This document shows, one piece after another, positions 36,230 to 46,226 of a stretch of 64,000 nt of DNA. This stretch comes from Minisyncoccota bacterium (lineage in GTDB: Bacteria; Patescibacteriota; Minisyncoccia; UBA6257; 2-01-FULL-56-20), in NCBI GenBank assembly GCA_035509435.1, contig DATJLR010000007.1, forward strand, positions 65,555 to 129,554, in the 5' to 3' direction. Made by a program: the position numbers and the translations under genes. Below the pieces are notes generated by a model. That model did not search any database, was not told the DNA's origin, and saw only the letters and a program-made list of their open reading frames with translations. Each line of letters begins with the position of its first letter. Position 1 is the first letter of the stretch.

Positions 36230-39200
36230 CTAGTTCGTCAAACCAGTGATGTTCTGGCTCGTAACCGGGATGGAAGTGGACGGGCTAAGCGACGAGATGG
36301 TTCCCGTCACGCCGTCAGTCCACGATACACCCTGGAGAAGAACCTGGTAGCTGCCCGTGCTGCCACCCGTGAACGTCGCCAAGTTGGTCGGTGCCGTGTA
36401 AGTTTTCACGAGTAAAGTCCTCGTGGAGCTATACGGAATCGTCCATTGATTGGAGTTGATGTTCGCGAAGGTGGCTGTACCAGTGCCCAAACCGGTCATC
36501 GTTGTGGTCGCAAGGAGCGTGGACGGGGCCGAGGCATCGTAGAGGCCAAGGACCTGTACCGTGCTCGATGTGATGATCGTGCCGGCAGTAGACAACTGCA
36601 CCGTGAGAACCTTCGGGTTGATGCTGCCACTTCCTGCCGTGAAGTTGAACTCGCCTACGATGTTACCCACACCGGAAATCGAGTTCGGGTTGGAGAAGGA
36701 AGCACCCGACACATCCAACGTCGTCTGGTAGACCGTGAACAGGTTGCCGATGTTGTTCGCAACGACATTCGTCGTGGTCGCCGTAGAGGCATTGGTGTAC
36801 TGGTAGCTCGTCAAAGCGAATGCATGCTTGCCGCCAGACGTCGCATACGGGTACGAATTCGTATCCGCAACGAGGTTGACGTAGGCCGTGGAGTTCGCCG
36901 GGACACTCAAGCCAGTGAGGTTGAAGACCAACACTCCGCTCGAGTTTTCCGTCGCCGTACCCAACACATTACCGCTCGTATCAGTCAACCGGTAGTTGAT
37001 GAAGGTCGAGTGGTCAGTTGCAGCCGTCGAGGTCGTCGAGGTCGAGCTGTCAAGGAGGGTCATCTGCGTTAACGTCTCGCTACCCGTCGTGCTTGCCACG
37101 AACTGGTACTGCGCAACCGTCACGCCAGTGATGCCCATGCCAAGGAAGGACGCCTGAGACGTACCTGCCGAGAGCGAACCGGTCAACGTGCCACCATTGC
37201 TGAATGTCACGTTCTGGCCACCAACAGGACCACCGAAGGTCACTGCATTGCCAGTCTGGGTCGAAGCATTCCAGCCAGTCAGGTTCGTCACGCTTGAGAC
37301 CGTCTGCGGGGTGAGGCTCGAATTCACATCAGCGTAGACGTCAAGCGTCACAGAGCCATTTGCGGCGATCGAGATCGGCGCAGAGCTGTTGAAGTTGTAC
37401 GTCGTATTCGCGGCAACCGTCGGCTGGGTTGTACCCACCTGCGTGCTGCCGTTCATCACGCGGAGGTTCCTGAGATAGGCTACCGCAGCGCTTGATGTGG
37501 TGTTGATCGAGATACCCGTCAAGTTGACCGGGTTAACCTGTCCTGCGGTGAACGTGTACGATCCAATCTTAACGTTGGATGCACCCGCCGTCGCCTGGAC
37601 CGGAGAACCGAGACCGTAGTTAAGCGAAGCAACGAGGTTCGTGCTGGAACTCAAGATCGTAAGCGAGTTGGCCGCGACTTGCGTAACCGACACGCTCGAG
37701 AACGTTGTGTAATCCTGCGCCGAAGAAGCGCCGCCGCCCAACGAAACCTGCACTGTGCCAGTGGCGCTCGAAGGGATGTCACCATAAACCGTCAAGACAC
37801 GGGTCGTGTTGGACGGAATGATGTAGTTCAAGCTGCCAGTGCCTTCGGTGCCGGTCGCATTGGCTCCGAGGTTGACGGTGGTGCCAATCTGCGCACCCTG
37901 ATCATCAACCACGCGGAAGTTGTTTATGCCGCTCGTCTGGGCGGTGGGGAAATCAAGTTCATTGAACTTGACGCTATCGCCCGAAGCGAGCACATCAAAC
38001 ACTCCGAGTACCTGATTGGTGTTTCCTGCCACCGCATAGGTGGTCGGAGAAGATGCATCCTTGGTGATCACGAGGCCACCATTGTTGATGCCGACACCAT
38101 AGAGGTAGACCGGGAAGCCGCCATTATTGCTGTAACCCTGCACACTTGCGCCAATTCCCACTCCATACGTGGTGTCTTCCGCGTGAACGTCAGACGACTG
38201 CTGAATGGAGAATTGGAAACTGCGTCCCGAACCGCCGGTAATGTCAGCATAAAGCGACAATACCGCCGATTGGCCGGAGGTCAGCATAAGAGGAGCGCCC
38301 GAAAGATCGAACGTTACCGTGTTGCTGCCACCCATCGAGGTCACCGTCGCGCCGAGCTGGGTCGAACCGTTCATCAGTTTGATGTTCTGAAGAGCATTCG
38401 AGTCGGTGCTGCCGATGTTCGTAAAGGTGATGCTGTTAAGCTTCACCGGGTTGTTACCAGCCTGAACCGTGAACTGGCCGACGAGATAATCCGTCTGGCC
38501 GGCGTTCACCGTGGTCGACGCTGACGTGTTGTTGGAGATCGTCAAGGTCGCAAGGTTATTAACCGATGCGATCGTGAACTGGCCACTCTCCAACGGGAAG
38601 TTGCCCGTGAAGGTGCCGCCGTTGGCCGTTATTGCGCTTGCGGAAGCTAAGCCAATCTGGAAGATATGGCCAGAATCTGCAGCGACAGTAACGTTATTGC
38701 TGCCAACGCCACCATTCCAGACATCAGCCGTAACGGTGACAACATACGTCGAATTCGCCGGAACCGTAAAGAGTCCTGCGCCGTTCGAGAAGCTGATCGA
38801 GCCATTGTTGATGCCGAGGTTGGACGCCAACTTGGTCGCGCCATTGTAAAGGTAGACGTTGTTCAAGTCGGAATCCTGCGAAAGGCCCGTGCGGGTCAAG
38901 ACCAAGTTCGTGACAGTGACGGGTGTCGCGCCAGCCGTGAAGTCAAGCTTCAAGACCGGAGTGTTCACCGCGCCTGCCGCGATATTGGACGAACCCGGGG
39001 TCTGTGCATCGACAGAGACAGACAACGGAGCGCCCGTAGGCGTCGTCGTACCGCCACCCGTCGTTGTGGTCGTCGTCGTGCTCATCGAGTTAACGAACGA
39101 GCGCGTGATAGGACCGAAGTAACCGACTGCCGGCGAGATGCCGTTCGCGGCCTGGAACTTGGCGAGCGCTGACTGGGTCAACGGGCCGAAGTAACCGGTC

Positions 39201-39499
39201 GGAGCAGAAACTGCCGTCAGGTATCCTTTGCTAATCAAAAGCTGCTGGAGGGACGAAACCTGCGCGCCTGTGCTGCCAATGGTGAGGTCACTGGTGAAGT
39301 CATAGGTCATCGAGGTGGACGTGCCACCGGAAGCATTCAACTGGCTCTGGAGTTGCTGGATCTGCGCGAGCAACGCCGCGATCTGAGCCTGGAGGCTCGC
39401 CGTGGTCTGTGCGCTTGCGACAGGCAGCGCGGCCGCACCTACCGCCCACAAAAGGGTGGTGGCGGTGAGTACCGCTGAAACCAATTTTTTAGAATTCAT
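36230..39499 (-). CDS. Giant secreted cell-surface protein. Signal peptide, coiled coil, PG_binding_1-like domain, then a long T/S/G/N-rich beta-repeat body
   Basis: 1089 aa. MNSKKLVSAVLTATTLLWAVGAAALPVASA. LQAQIAALLAQIQQLQSQL. GSTGAQVSSLQQLLISKGYL...GYFGPLTQSALAKFQAANGI resembles the putative peptidoglycan-binding domain. Confidence 0.65.
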   Translation of the reverse strand: MNSKKLVSAVLTATTLLWAVGAAALPVASAQTTASLQAQIAALLAQIQQLQSQLNASGGTSTSMTYDFTSDLTIGSTGAQVSSLQQLLISKGYLTAVSAPTGYFGPLTQSALAKFQAANGISPAVGYFGPITRSFVNSMSTTTTTTTGGGTTTPTGAPLSVSVDAQTPGSSNIAAGAVNTPVLKLDFTAGATPVTVTNLVLTRTGLSQDSDLNNVYLYNGATKLASNLGINNGSISFSNGAGLFTVPANSTYVVTVTADVWNGGVGSNNVTVAADSGHIFQIGLASASAITANGGTFTGNFPLESGQFTIASVNNLATLTISNNTSASTTVNAGQTDYLVGQFTVQAGNNPVKLNSITFTNIGSTDSNALQNIKLMNGSTQLGATVTSMGGSNTVTFDLSGAPLMLTSGQSAVLSLYADITGGSGRSFQFSIQQSSDVHAEDTTYGVGIGASVQGYSNNGGFPVYLYGVGINNGGLVITKDASSPTTYAVAGNTNQVLGVFDVLASGDSVKFNELDFPTAQTSGINNFRVVDDQGAQIGTTVNLGANATGTEGTGSLNYIIPSNTTRVLTVYGDIPSSATGTVQVSLGGGASSAQDYTTFSSVSVTQVAANSLTILSSSTNLVASLNYGLGSPVQATAGASNVKIGSYTFTAGQVNPVNLTGISINTTSSAAVAYLRNLRVMNGSTQVGTTQPTVAANTTYNFNSSAPISIAANGSVTLDVYADVNSSLTPQTVSSVTNLTGWNASTQTGNAVTFGGPVGGQNVTFSNGGTLTGSLSAGTSQASFLGMGITGVTVAQYQFVASTTGSETLTQMTLLDSSTSTTSTAATDHSTFINYRLTDTSGNVLGTATENSSGVLVFNLTGLSVPANSTAYVNLVADTNSYPYATSGGKHAFALTSYQYTNASTATTTNVVANNIGNLFTVYQTTLDVSGASFSNPNSISGVGNIVGEFNFTAGSGSINPKVLTVQLSTAGTIITSSTVQVLGLYDASAPSTLLATTTMTGLGTGTATFANINSNQWTIPYSSTRTLLVKTYTAPTNLATFTGGSTGSYQVLLQGVSWTDGVTGTISSLSPSTSIPVTSQNITGLTN

Positions 39500-39963
39500 T
39501 TTTTGTTTAATTTCGATTTAATTATTGGTATCGACCTGGTGGTCCGTTATGGACCAATTCAGCCGTCGACCTTTCCGTGCACCAAATCACGTTTTTATTT
39601 TGCTTGTTTCGGGAACCGTTTCCGGCACTTCACTCTGTTCGCTCTTTCGACCGCCTCGTGAGGGAAAGCGACGATCGATCAAACAGAAGAGAGCGACGAA
39701 AACGGGGTCTGGATCTAGTAATTGGGAAACCGGGAACCCGGTAAAAAAAGAGCCCGCTTTTGGCGAGGCTGAGTGAATGAGCAAACAAGAAATTCGACCA
39801 TAAAAAGTCTCCTCTCCCGATCCCACTTGCGGTTCAGCCTCACACCGAACCTTTAACCATTATACTGCATGTACTACGCTGTCCGTGCGAGAAAGGGTGT
39901 GGAAAACTATTGAATTGCCCTTTCCTGCATCGCACAGAATATAACGTCCCGGCGCGGGAAAGG

Positions 39964-40674
39964 TTACCTGTCCGCGAACGCCCCTTCCGGTCGCGCCGTA
40001 CGGTAAAAAACCGAGGGTCCGGCAACGCCAACCCGCTCTATTGCTCCCCGTTCAAGGAGCGTTTGCAGGTCATAGCGGATGGTCCGCTCGCTGCAATCCG
40101 GCAATATCTCCTGGATTTCCTTTAACCGGCAATTGCCGGATTGCCGGATGAGCGAAAGTATTGCGTCTTGCCGGATTGCCGAATCATTTGCCGATTGCCG
40201 GATTGCCGGTTCGCCATGCATATGCAATGGCTCTTTTTCCATTGCCGGTTCTTTCTCTGATCTTGATATCGGCGCCGGTGATGCCGATACCGGCGCCGGT
40301 TCCGCAGTGGCGTGTTCCGCGATCTCCGGCTTGGAGAAGATCTCTGCCACATTCACTTCATCGGTCTTCGGCGCGTTCCTGCGCTCGGCGACCGCGGCAT
40401 CGAGCGCGTAGATCTCGCGCATCATTACATCCGTGTTCGGCGTTCCGATGATGCCGGCGTCGCCGCCAAACTTGACGAGGCATTCCATCACCCGGAGCTC
40501 GCGGCCGGCGGCGGCATAATCCTCCCCTGCGGCAGCGGCCAAAAGCGCAGTGCCGGATACGCGCAATGATCCGGCAAAGTCCTTTTCCTGCATCTGCGCC
40601 GCCAGGCGGAACAGCGCGTACGCCACCTCGTATGCTTTCGTGAGGATAAAACGCTCTTTGCCGGAATATTCCAT
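39964..40674 (-). CDS. Transcriptional regulator with a C-terminal winged HTH (DeoR-like), a Pro/Ala linker and IRQS repeats
   Basis: Start reassigned to the ATG at 40672-40674 (MEYSGKERF...), which sits 7 nt after a TATAAT. C-terminal LKEIQEILPDCSERTIRYDLQTLLERGAIERVG is a DeoR-type HTH. Confidence 0.5.
   Translation of the reverse strand: MEYSGKERFILTKAYEVAYALFRLAAQMQEKDFAGSLRVSGTALLAAAAGEDYAAAGRELRVMECLVKFGGDAGIIGTPNTDVMMREIYALDAAVAERRNAPKTDEVNVAEIFSKPEIAEHATAEPAPVSASPAPISRSEKEPAMEKEPLHMHGEPAIRQSANDSAIRQDAILSLIRQSGNCRLKEIQEILPDCSERTIRYDLQTLLERGAIERVGVAGPSVFYRTARPEGAFADR
40134..40226. repeat. Array of the 8-mer ATTGCCGG (includes the perfect palindrome CCGGCAATTGCCGG) inside the regulator coding sequence
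   Basis: ccggcaattgccggattgccggat ... cttgccggattgccgaatcatttgccgattgccggattgccgg. The same 8-mer occurs in inverse orientation in the gene's promoter spacer (40690-40712). Confidence 0.6.
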
Positions 40675-40681
40675 GTGCAGG

Positions 40682-40710
40682 ATTATAATCCGGCAATCCG
40701 GCAATTGCAA
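40682..40710 (-). promoter_or_regulatory. Promoter TTGCAA-N17-TATAAT whose spacer is two tandem TTGCCGGA repeats (candidate auto-operator). The transcript is probably leaderless
   Basis: The minus strand reads TTGCAAttgccggattgccggatTATAATcctgcacATG. Confidence 0.45.
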
Positions 40711-40732
40711 GGTTCCAATGGCAAAAGCTCGA

Positions 40733-41299
40733 TCAGCCGAGGAATCCCAAATCCGGCAAGATGAGGTCCCGCAGGTAGATCCCGCCAACAAAGAACACCA
40801 TATCCAGGTCCGCACCCGTATTGAACGCACCCGGCTTTAACTTGTCGATAATTTCGGGAGAATGGCCCAGCACATCCTTTACCACAAAAAGGATGTCTTG
40901 CTCGGCGTCATAGACATTCTTGGCTCCTTTTGCCTTTATGAGCGCAAGGAGTTCGTCTTTCTTTGCGTCGATCACCTCCTTGACGCCGCTTTCCTTGAGC
41001 ACCTTTTCGCCATATGCATTGAAGCTCCGCCTCGAGTGAGCGGGGACGGCTTTGTCCTTCCAGAGGATCTCCATCTTTGGATACATTTCCATTACCATCG
41101 GATATATTTCTTTTACCATGGGATATATTTCGTCCATTTTTGAACGCACGTCCTTCATGTCGGTTTTCAACGTGCCGATATCCGCCTGCATCAGCATCGT
41201 CCGCTCATCGATCCGCGCGATAAGCTCGCGCGTGTTGCCCAAGAGCAGCGTGGCGATCCAATTTCCTATTTTTGAAAGCGTTGATAGGTTTTGATCCAT
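40733..41299 (-). CDS. Hypothetical protein with short internal repeats (EIYPMV)
   Basis: 188 aa. DEIYPMVKEIYPMVMEMYPKMEI matches the DNA repeats at 41095-41140. Confidence 0.35.
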   Translation of the reverse strand: MDQNLSTLSKIGNWIATLLLGNTRELIARIDERTMLMQADIGTLKTDMKDVRSKMDEIYPMVKEIYPMVMEMYPKMEILWKDKAVPAHSRRSFNAYGEKVLKESGVKEVIDAKKDELLALIKAKGAKNVYDAEQDILFVVKDVLGHSPEIIDKLKPGAFNTGADLDMVFFVGGIYLRDLILPDLGFLG

Positions 41300-41395
41300 G
41301 GTAAGAGTTGTTTTTTTGGCAACAACCCCACCCTAGCACACTCACATTAAAAATATATTAAAAGAATCGCGCGTAAAAACTCCGGCGGAAATCCG

Positions 41396-42121
41396 TTAGA
41401 GCGTCCAATGGGCCGAGGCAAGCACGATGACAAGCAGCGAGAAAAGCACGGTGCCCGTGGCGAGCGCCTTTGTGCGGGAAAGCTCCCCGAACACATATTG
41501 CGGCACGACGTCTATAAGGACGGCGGCCGCAAGGAAGACGACCGCCGACTGGTAGAGGAAATCGAGCGGAAGGAAAAGCCCCACAATGAGAAGCTGCCAC
41601 ATCAGGATGAACGACAGGCCGCCGAGCATGCGACGGAACGAATGCGCCTCGCGCGCCGCGCCATCCGGCACCGCGGAAAAATGTTTGATGAATCCCGCGG
41701 CCATGACGCTCACCGCCCCGGCGGCGATCAGGCTGTAAAGCAGCGCCTTCCCGCCGAGCGCGCCGCCGGTCGTGACGTACAGCTCCCGCACGACGAGATA
41801 CGACAGCACAAGGATCAGGACTTCGTACGCGGTCCGGCGGTCGATGATGATGAGATCCTTGATGAGGAGCATAAAGTAGAATATCGCGGCAAAGAGGATC
41901 GCTGCCAATATGCCCTGCGCGGTCGCAAGGCAAAGCAGGAGGAGCACCAAAAAGGGCGCCAGAACCTTTCGGGCGCCCGTCACAGGAACAAGGGAGAGGT
42001 ATAGCGCGACAAGAAGGAACAGCCAGAATGGCAGCGCCCACCAGGCGACGCCGAACACGACGGCCTTAATGACTGAAGACCAGCTGATCCGCTTTGAAAT
42101 TGACTTTAACCTTTCCGCCAT
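41396..42121 (-). CDS. Polytopic integral membrane protein (hypothetical)
   Basis: About 7 TM helices. The start is uncertain (track start 42163 overlaps the clpB 3' end; an internal Met at 42121 is possible). Confidence 0.4.
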   Translation of the reverse strand: MAERLKSISKRISWSSVIKAVVFGVAWWALPFWLFLLVALYLSLVPVTGARKVLAPFLVLLLLCLATAQGILAAILFAAIFYFMLLIKDLIIIDRRTAYEVLILVLSYLVVRELYVTTGGALGGKALLYSLIAAGAVSVMAAGFIKHFSAVPDGAAREAHSFRRMLGGLSFILMWQLLIVGLFLPLDFLYQSAVVFLAAAVLIDVVPQYVFGELSRTKALATGTVLFSLLVIVLASAHWTL

Positions 42122-44732
42122 CTTTGAATTCGCCGCGGATGATCTTGTCCGCCAGCTTATCAAGGATAACCTTCTGCATCAATCGCTTCAAGGGGCGCGC
42201 GCCGTACTCCGGGCTGAACCCTTCTTTTGCAAGGTGTGCGCGCGCCGCCGGTTCCACCTCCAGCTTGATATGCCGGTCAGCGAGGCGCTTCTCGATCGCG
42301 CGGATCTGGATGTCCACGATCTTCTCGATATCGTTCCGATGGAGCGGGTTGAAAATGATCACGTCATCAATACGGTTAAGGAATTCCGGGCGGAAACTGC
42401 CGCGAAGCGCTTCCGTCACTTTATCGCGATACTCCCCTTCTTCCACCGCCGCCTCCGCGCCCTCCGCGCTGAATCCGATGCGCGACATCGCCTTGAGGTA
42501 CTCGCTGCCGACATTCGATGTCATGATGATGATGCAGTTCTTGAAGTTGACGGTCTTGCCCTTGCTGTCGGTAAGACGGCCATTGTCCAATACTTGAAGA
42601 AGCAGGTTGAACACTTCCGGATGCGCTTTTTCTATCTCGTCAAAAAGGATCAGGCTGTACGGCCGGTGGCGGACGATCTCGGTCAGCTGGCCACCTTCCT
42701 CGTGGCCGACATAGCCCGGGGGCGAGCCGATCAGGCGGGAAACGGCATGGCGTTCCATGTATTCCGACATATCCACGCGCACGAGCGCCTTTTCGTCATT
42801 GAACATGAACTCCGCAAGCGTGCGGGCGAGCTCGGTCTTGCCGACGCCGGTCGGCCCGAGGAACATGAATGACCCGATCGGCCGGTTCTCGTCCGAAAGT
42901 CCCGCGCGCGAGCGGCGGAGCGCCGACGCGACGGATGCGATCGCCTCGTTCTGGCCGATCACCCGCTCGTGGAGCACATCTTCGATGCGGATGAGCTTGT
43001 CGGCGTCCGTCTCGAGCATCCGCTTGATGGGAATGCCCGTCCAGACGGCGACGACGGCTGCGACATCCTCTTTATCCACCGCTTCTTTAAGAAAACGGTC
43101 ACGCGAGGCGCCGGAAGCGGCAGCGCCTTTCTTTCCTTTCGCAGCGGCCGGGCCGCCGAAGTTCTTTTTCTCGAACATCGCAAAATCCTTCTCGGCGGCC
43201 GGAAGCTCGCCGTACATGATCTGCGCCACGCGCTCAAGATTGCCATCGCGTTCCGCCATTTCCGCTTCGCGCTTCAAGTTGTCCACTTTTTGGCGAAGCT
43301 GGTGCAGGGTTTCGAACTTGATCTTCTCCGAATGCCACTTGCTCGACAGCTCGTCATTCTTGTCTTTTAACACCGCAAGTTGCCTGTCTATCTCTTTGAT
43401 GCGGTCGGCGGTGGCGGTCTTTTGCCCTTCCTGCGAGAGCGCCTGCTTTTCTATCTCGAGGCGCGTGATCTCGCGGCGCGCCCGGTCGATCTCCTTCGGC
43501 AGGCTTTCCGACTCCAGCCGGCGCGCCGCGGCGGCCTCGTCGATCAGGTCTACGGCCTTGTCCGGCAGAAAGCGGTCGGTGATGTAGCGCGCGGAAAGGT
43601 TGACGGCCTCCACGATCGCCTCGTCGCTGATGCGCATGCCGTGATGGATCTCGTATTTTTCTTTGAGCCCGCGCAAAATGGCGATCGAGTCCTCGATCGT
43701 CGGCTCCTCCACCATGATCGGCTGGAAGCGCCGCTCGAGCGCCGGGTCCTTCTCTATATATTTCTGATATTCGCGCACGGTCGTCGCGCCGATCGCGTGG
43801 AGCTCGCCGCGCGCGAGCGCCGGTTTCAATAAATTTGACGCGTCGATGGCGCCTTCCGCGGCACCTGCTCCGACAATGGTATGGATCTCATCTATAAACA
43901 GGATGATGTTGCCGGCGGCGTTCTTTACCTCCTTCATGAACGCCTTTAGCCGATCCTCAAATTCTCCGCGAAACTTGGTTCCCGCGATGAGCGAGCCAAG
44001 GTCCAGCATCAATACCTGCTTGCCCTTGAGCAGCTCGGGAACATCACCCGATGCGATGCGCTGGGCCAATCCCTCTACTATTGCGGTCTTTCCCACGCCC
44101 GGCTCGCCGATCAGGCACGGATTGTTCTTGGTACGGCGCGAGAGCACCTGCATCAGGCGGCGCAGCTCTTCCTCGCGGCCGATCACCGGATCCAGCTCCC
44201 CCGCCTTTGCTTTGTCGCTCAGGTTGATGGCATATTTTTCCAAAACCTGGAATTTGCTCTCCGGCGTTTCATCGGTGACGCGCACGGATCCGCGCAGCTG
44301 AGCAAGCACGCGGAACGCGCTCTCGCGCCGTACACCGAACTTCTCAAGCAATGACTTTGCGGTGCCGGCAACATCAAGCAGGGCAAGCAGAAGATGCTCG
44401 CACGAGACGAACTCGTCCTTTTGCTGGGCGGCGACCTTGGCCGCCTGGTCGAGCACCTTCATCAGCTCCTGCGAAAGATAGAGCTGGCCGAGCGCTGAAT
44501 TGCTGACGATCGGCGGGATGCGATCGAGCTCAATGTCGATCGCCTCATCCAACTGTTCCAGATTGACGCCGCAGCGCTCAAGCACGGGGATCACGAGCGA
44601 CTGCTCATCCTCAAGCAGGGCCGCGAGCAGATGTACCGACTTCAATTCTCCGTGATTCTTTTTTGCCGCGATCTCCTGGGCGTTCTGCAGGGCCTCCTGT
44701 GCTTTTATGGTAAAACGATGGAAGTTTGGCAT
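42066..44732 (-). CDS. clpB: ATP-dependent chaperone ClpB
   Basis: 888 aa. Two AAA+ modules ([15 protein letters not shown] and [16 protein letters not shown]) with the long coiled-coil M-domain between them. Confidence 0.95.
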   Translation of the reverse strand: MPNFHRFTIKAQEALQNAQEIAAKKNHGELKSVHLLAALLEDEQSLVIPVLERCGVNLEQLDEAIDIELDRIPPIVSNSALGQLYLSQELMKVLDQAAKVAAQQKDEFVSCEHLLLALLDVAGTAKSLLEKFGVRRESAFRVLAQLRGSVRVTDETPESKFQVLEKYAINLSDKAKAGELDPVIGREEELRRLMQVLSRRTKNNPCLIGEPGVGKTAIVEGLAQRIASGDVPELLKGKQVLMLDLGSLIAGTKFRGEFEDRLKAFMKEVKNAAGNIILFIDEIHTIVGAGAAEGAIDASNLLKPALARGELHAIGATTVREYQKYIEKDPALERRFQPIMVEEPTIEDSIAILRGLKEKYEIHHGMRISDEAIVEAVNLSARYITDRFLPDKAVDLIDEAAAARRLESESLPKEIDRARREITRLEIEKQALSQEGQKTATADRIKEIDRQLAVLKDKNDELSSKWHSEKIKFETLHQLRQKVDNLKREAEMAERDGNLERVAQIMYGELPAAEKDFAMFEKKNFGGPAAAKGKKGAAASGASRDRFLKEAVDKEDVAAVVAVWTGIPIKRMLETDADKLIRIEDVLHERVIGQNEAIASVASALRRSRAGLSDENRPIGSFMFLGPTGVGKTELARTLAEFMFNDEKALVRVDMSEYMERHAVSRLIGSPPGYVGHEEGGQLTEIVRHRPYSLILFDEIEKAHPEVFNLLLQVLDNGRLTDSKGKTVNFKNCIIIMTSNVGSEYLKAMSRIGFSAEGAEAAVEEGEYRDKVTEALRGSFRPEFLNRIDDVIIFNPLHRNDIEKIVDIQIRAIEKRLADRHIKLEVEPAARAHLAKEGFSPEYGARPLKRLMQKVILDKLADKIIRGEFKDGGKVKVNFKADQLVFSH

Positions 44733-44810
44733 GTGATTTTTGATAGTGATACTAAAGTATACGCCGCAGGAGATTAAAAGGTTCTTAACTTAATTATACC
44801 TTTTATACCC

Positions 44811-44827
44811 TATACCCCGCGGGTATA
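44811..44827. promoter_or_regulatory. Palindrome TATACCC-CGC-GGGTATA in the clpB upstream region (candidate operator)
   Basis: A perfect 7-3-7 inverted repeat about 80 bp upstream of the clpB ATG. It does not match the CIRCE, CtsR or HAIR consensus. Confidence 0.3.
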
Positions 44828-44887
44828 TATCAAATTATAGCCGGAAAAGGCTCATTGTCAATCTATGGGCGAGATTGCTAATGCCGC

Positions 44888-46186
44888 CTAGGTCCCTGCC
44901 GGGCGTTGCGCAAGCGTCGCCTGGAGCGTTATCTCCTGGCCCTTGCGGTTTACGACGAGCGTGACCGTTGTTCCCACGCTGTATTCGTTGATGACGTTCG
45001 CGAGGTCGTGCGTTGTATCAAGCTTTACGCCGTTCACCGATTCGATGATGTCCCCCGCCTGGATGCCGGCTTTGGCAGCGGGTGAACCGCCCATGACGGC
45101 GGATCCGCTGCCGCCGCTTGAAACCCACGCGCCGTACGTTATCGGAAGTTTGTTCGCCGTGGCGATCGCGGGGGTCACATCCTCATACTCCACGCCGAGG
45201 TATGGCGCCTGGATCGCGCCCGTTGACTCCACGGATGAGATCGCGGCCTTCGCCTCATTGATGGGGATCGCGAAGCCGATGTTCTGTGCATCGGACGCGA
45301 CGGCGGTATCGATGCCGATCACGTCGCCGCGCAGGTCGAGCAACGGGCCGCCGGAGTTGCCGGGGTTGATGGCTGCGTCCGTCTGGATGACGCCGGAGAT
45401 CGTTTCCTGAGCCCCCGTGTCCGGTGCGGAGGCGGTGACCGTGCGCCCGAGGCCGGAAACCGCGCCCACGGAGACGGTGTTGGAGAACTGGCCGAGCGCG
45501 TTGCCGATCGCGATCGCGGTCTGGCCGAGCTGGAGCGAGTCGGAGTTGCCGAGCGTCACGGTGGGAAGGTTCGTTGCGCTGATCTTCAGCACCGCGAGAT
45601 CCTGGTCCGGATCGCGGGCGAGAACGGTTGCCGTATACGTCTTGCCGTCATTCGTAAGGACGGAGTATTGCGCGTTCGTGTCGGACACGACGTGCTTGTT
45701 CGTAAGGATCAATCCGTCGGAAGAGATGATGAATCCGCTGCCGCCGCCCACCGCTTGCAGCTGGGTCTGCCCGCTGTCGCAGGGCACGGTCATGCTGCCA
45801 TTCCCGAACAATTGCTGAAACTGCTGCGGCAGATCGCTGAACGGGTTGTAGGGACAATTCTCCACCACCGGAACGTTCTCGGAAATAGTGATGGACACGA
45901 CGGCGGGCGACGCCTTCTGGACGGCCGCCATTACGTCGGCTTCATACTGGTCCGCGGGTTGGTACAGGCCGGTGGACGATGACTCCGAAACCGCTGCCCC
46001 GCCAAGCGACCCGACAGTTGCGGGATTCTCTGCGGTAAATGGATGGGTGAGGTCGCTCCAGAACGTAGCAAAGGGGTTTGCCGCCGACGCGCTCGGAACC
46101 TTCAAAAGGGCGCCTGCGATGAGGGCCACTATAATAAGCCCCACAAGGGCAACGATGATCTTTCTGGTTTTGTTCATGCCCGGCAT
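44888..46186 (-). CDS. htrA: HtrA/DegP-family serine protease with PDZ domain
   Basis: GSGFIISSDGLILTNKHVV (His), GNSGGPLLDLRGDVIGIDTAV (Ser) and a C-terminal PDZ domain. Confidence 0.85.
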   Translation of the reverse strand: MPGMNKTRKIIVALVGLIIVALIAGALLKVPSASAANPFATFWSDLTHPFTAENPATVGSLGGAAVSESSSTGLYQPADQYEADVMAAVQKASPAVVSITISENVPVVENCPYNPFSDLPQQFQQLFGNGSMTVPCDSGQTQLQAVGGGSGFIISSDGLILTNKHVVSDTNAQYSVLTNDGKTYTATVLARDPDQDLAVLKISATNLPTVTLGNSDSLQLGQTAIAIGNALGQFSNTVSVGAVSGLGRTVTASAPDTGAQETISGVIQTDAAINPGNSGGPLLDLRGDVIGIDTAVASDAQNIGFAIPINEAKAAISSVESTGAIQAPYLGVEYEDVTPAIATANKLPITYGAWVSSGGSGSAVMGGSPAAKAGIQAGDIIESVNGVKLDTTHDLANVINEYSVGTTVTLVVNRKGQEITLQATLAQRPAGT

Positions 46187-46226
46187 ATGCTTACTATTTT
46201 AGTACGACGATTTTCAAAAGAAAGTT

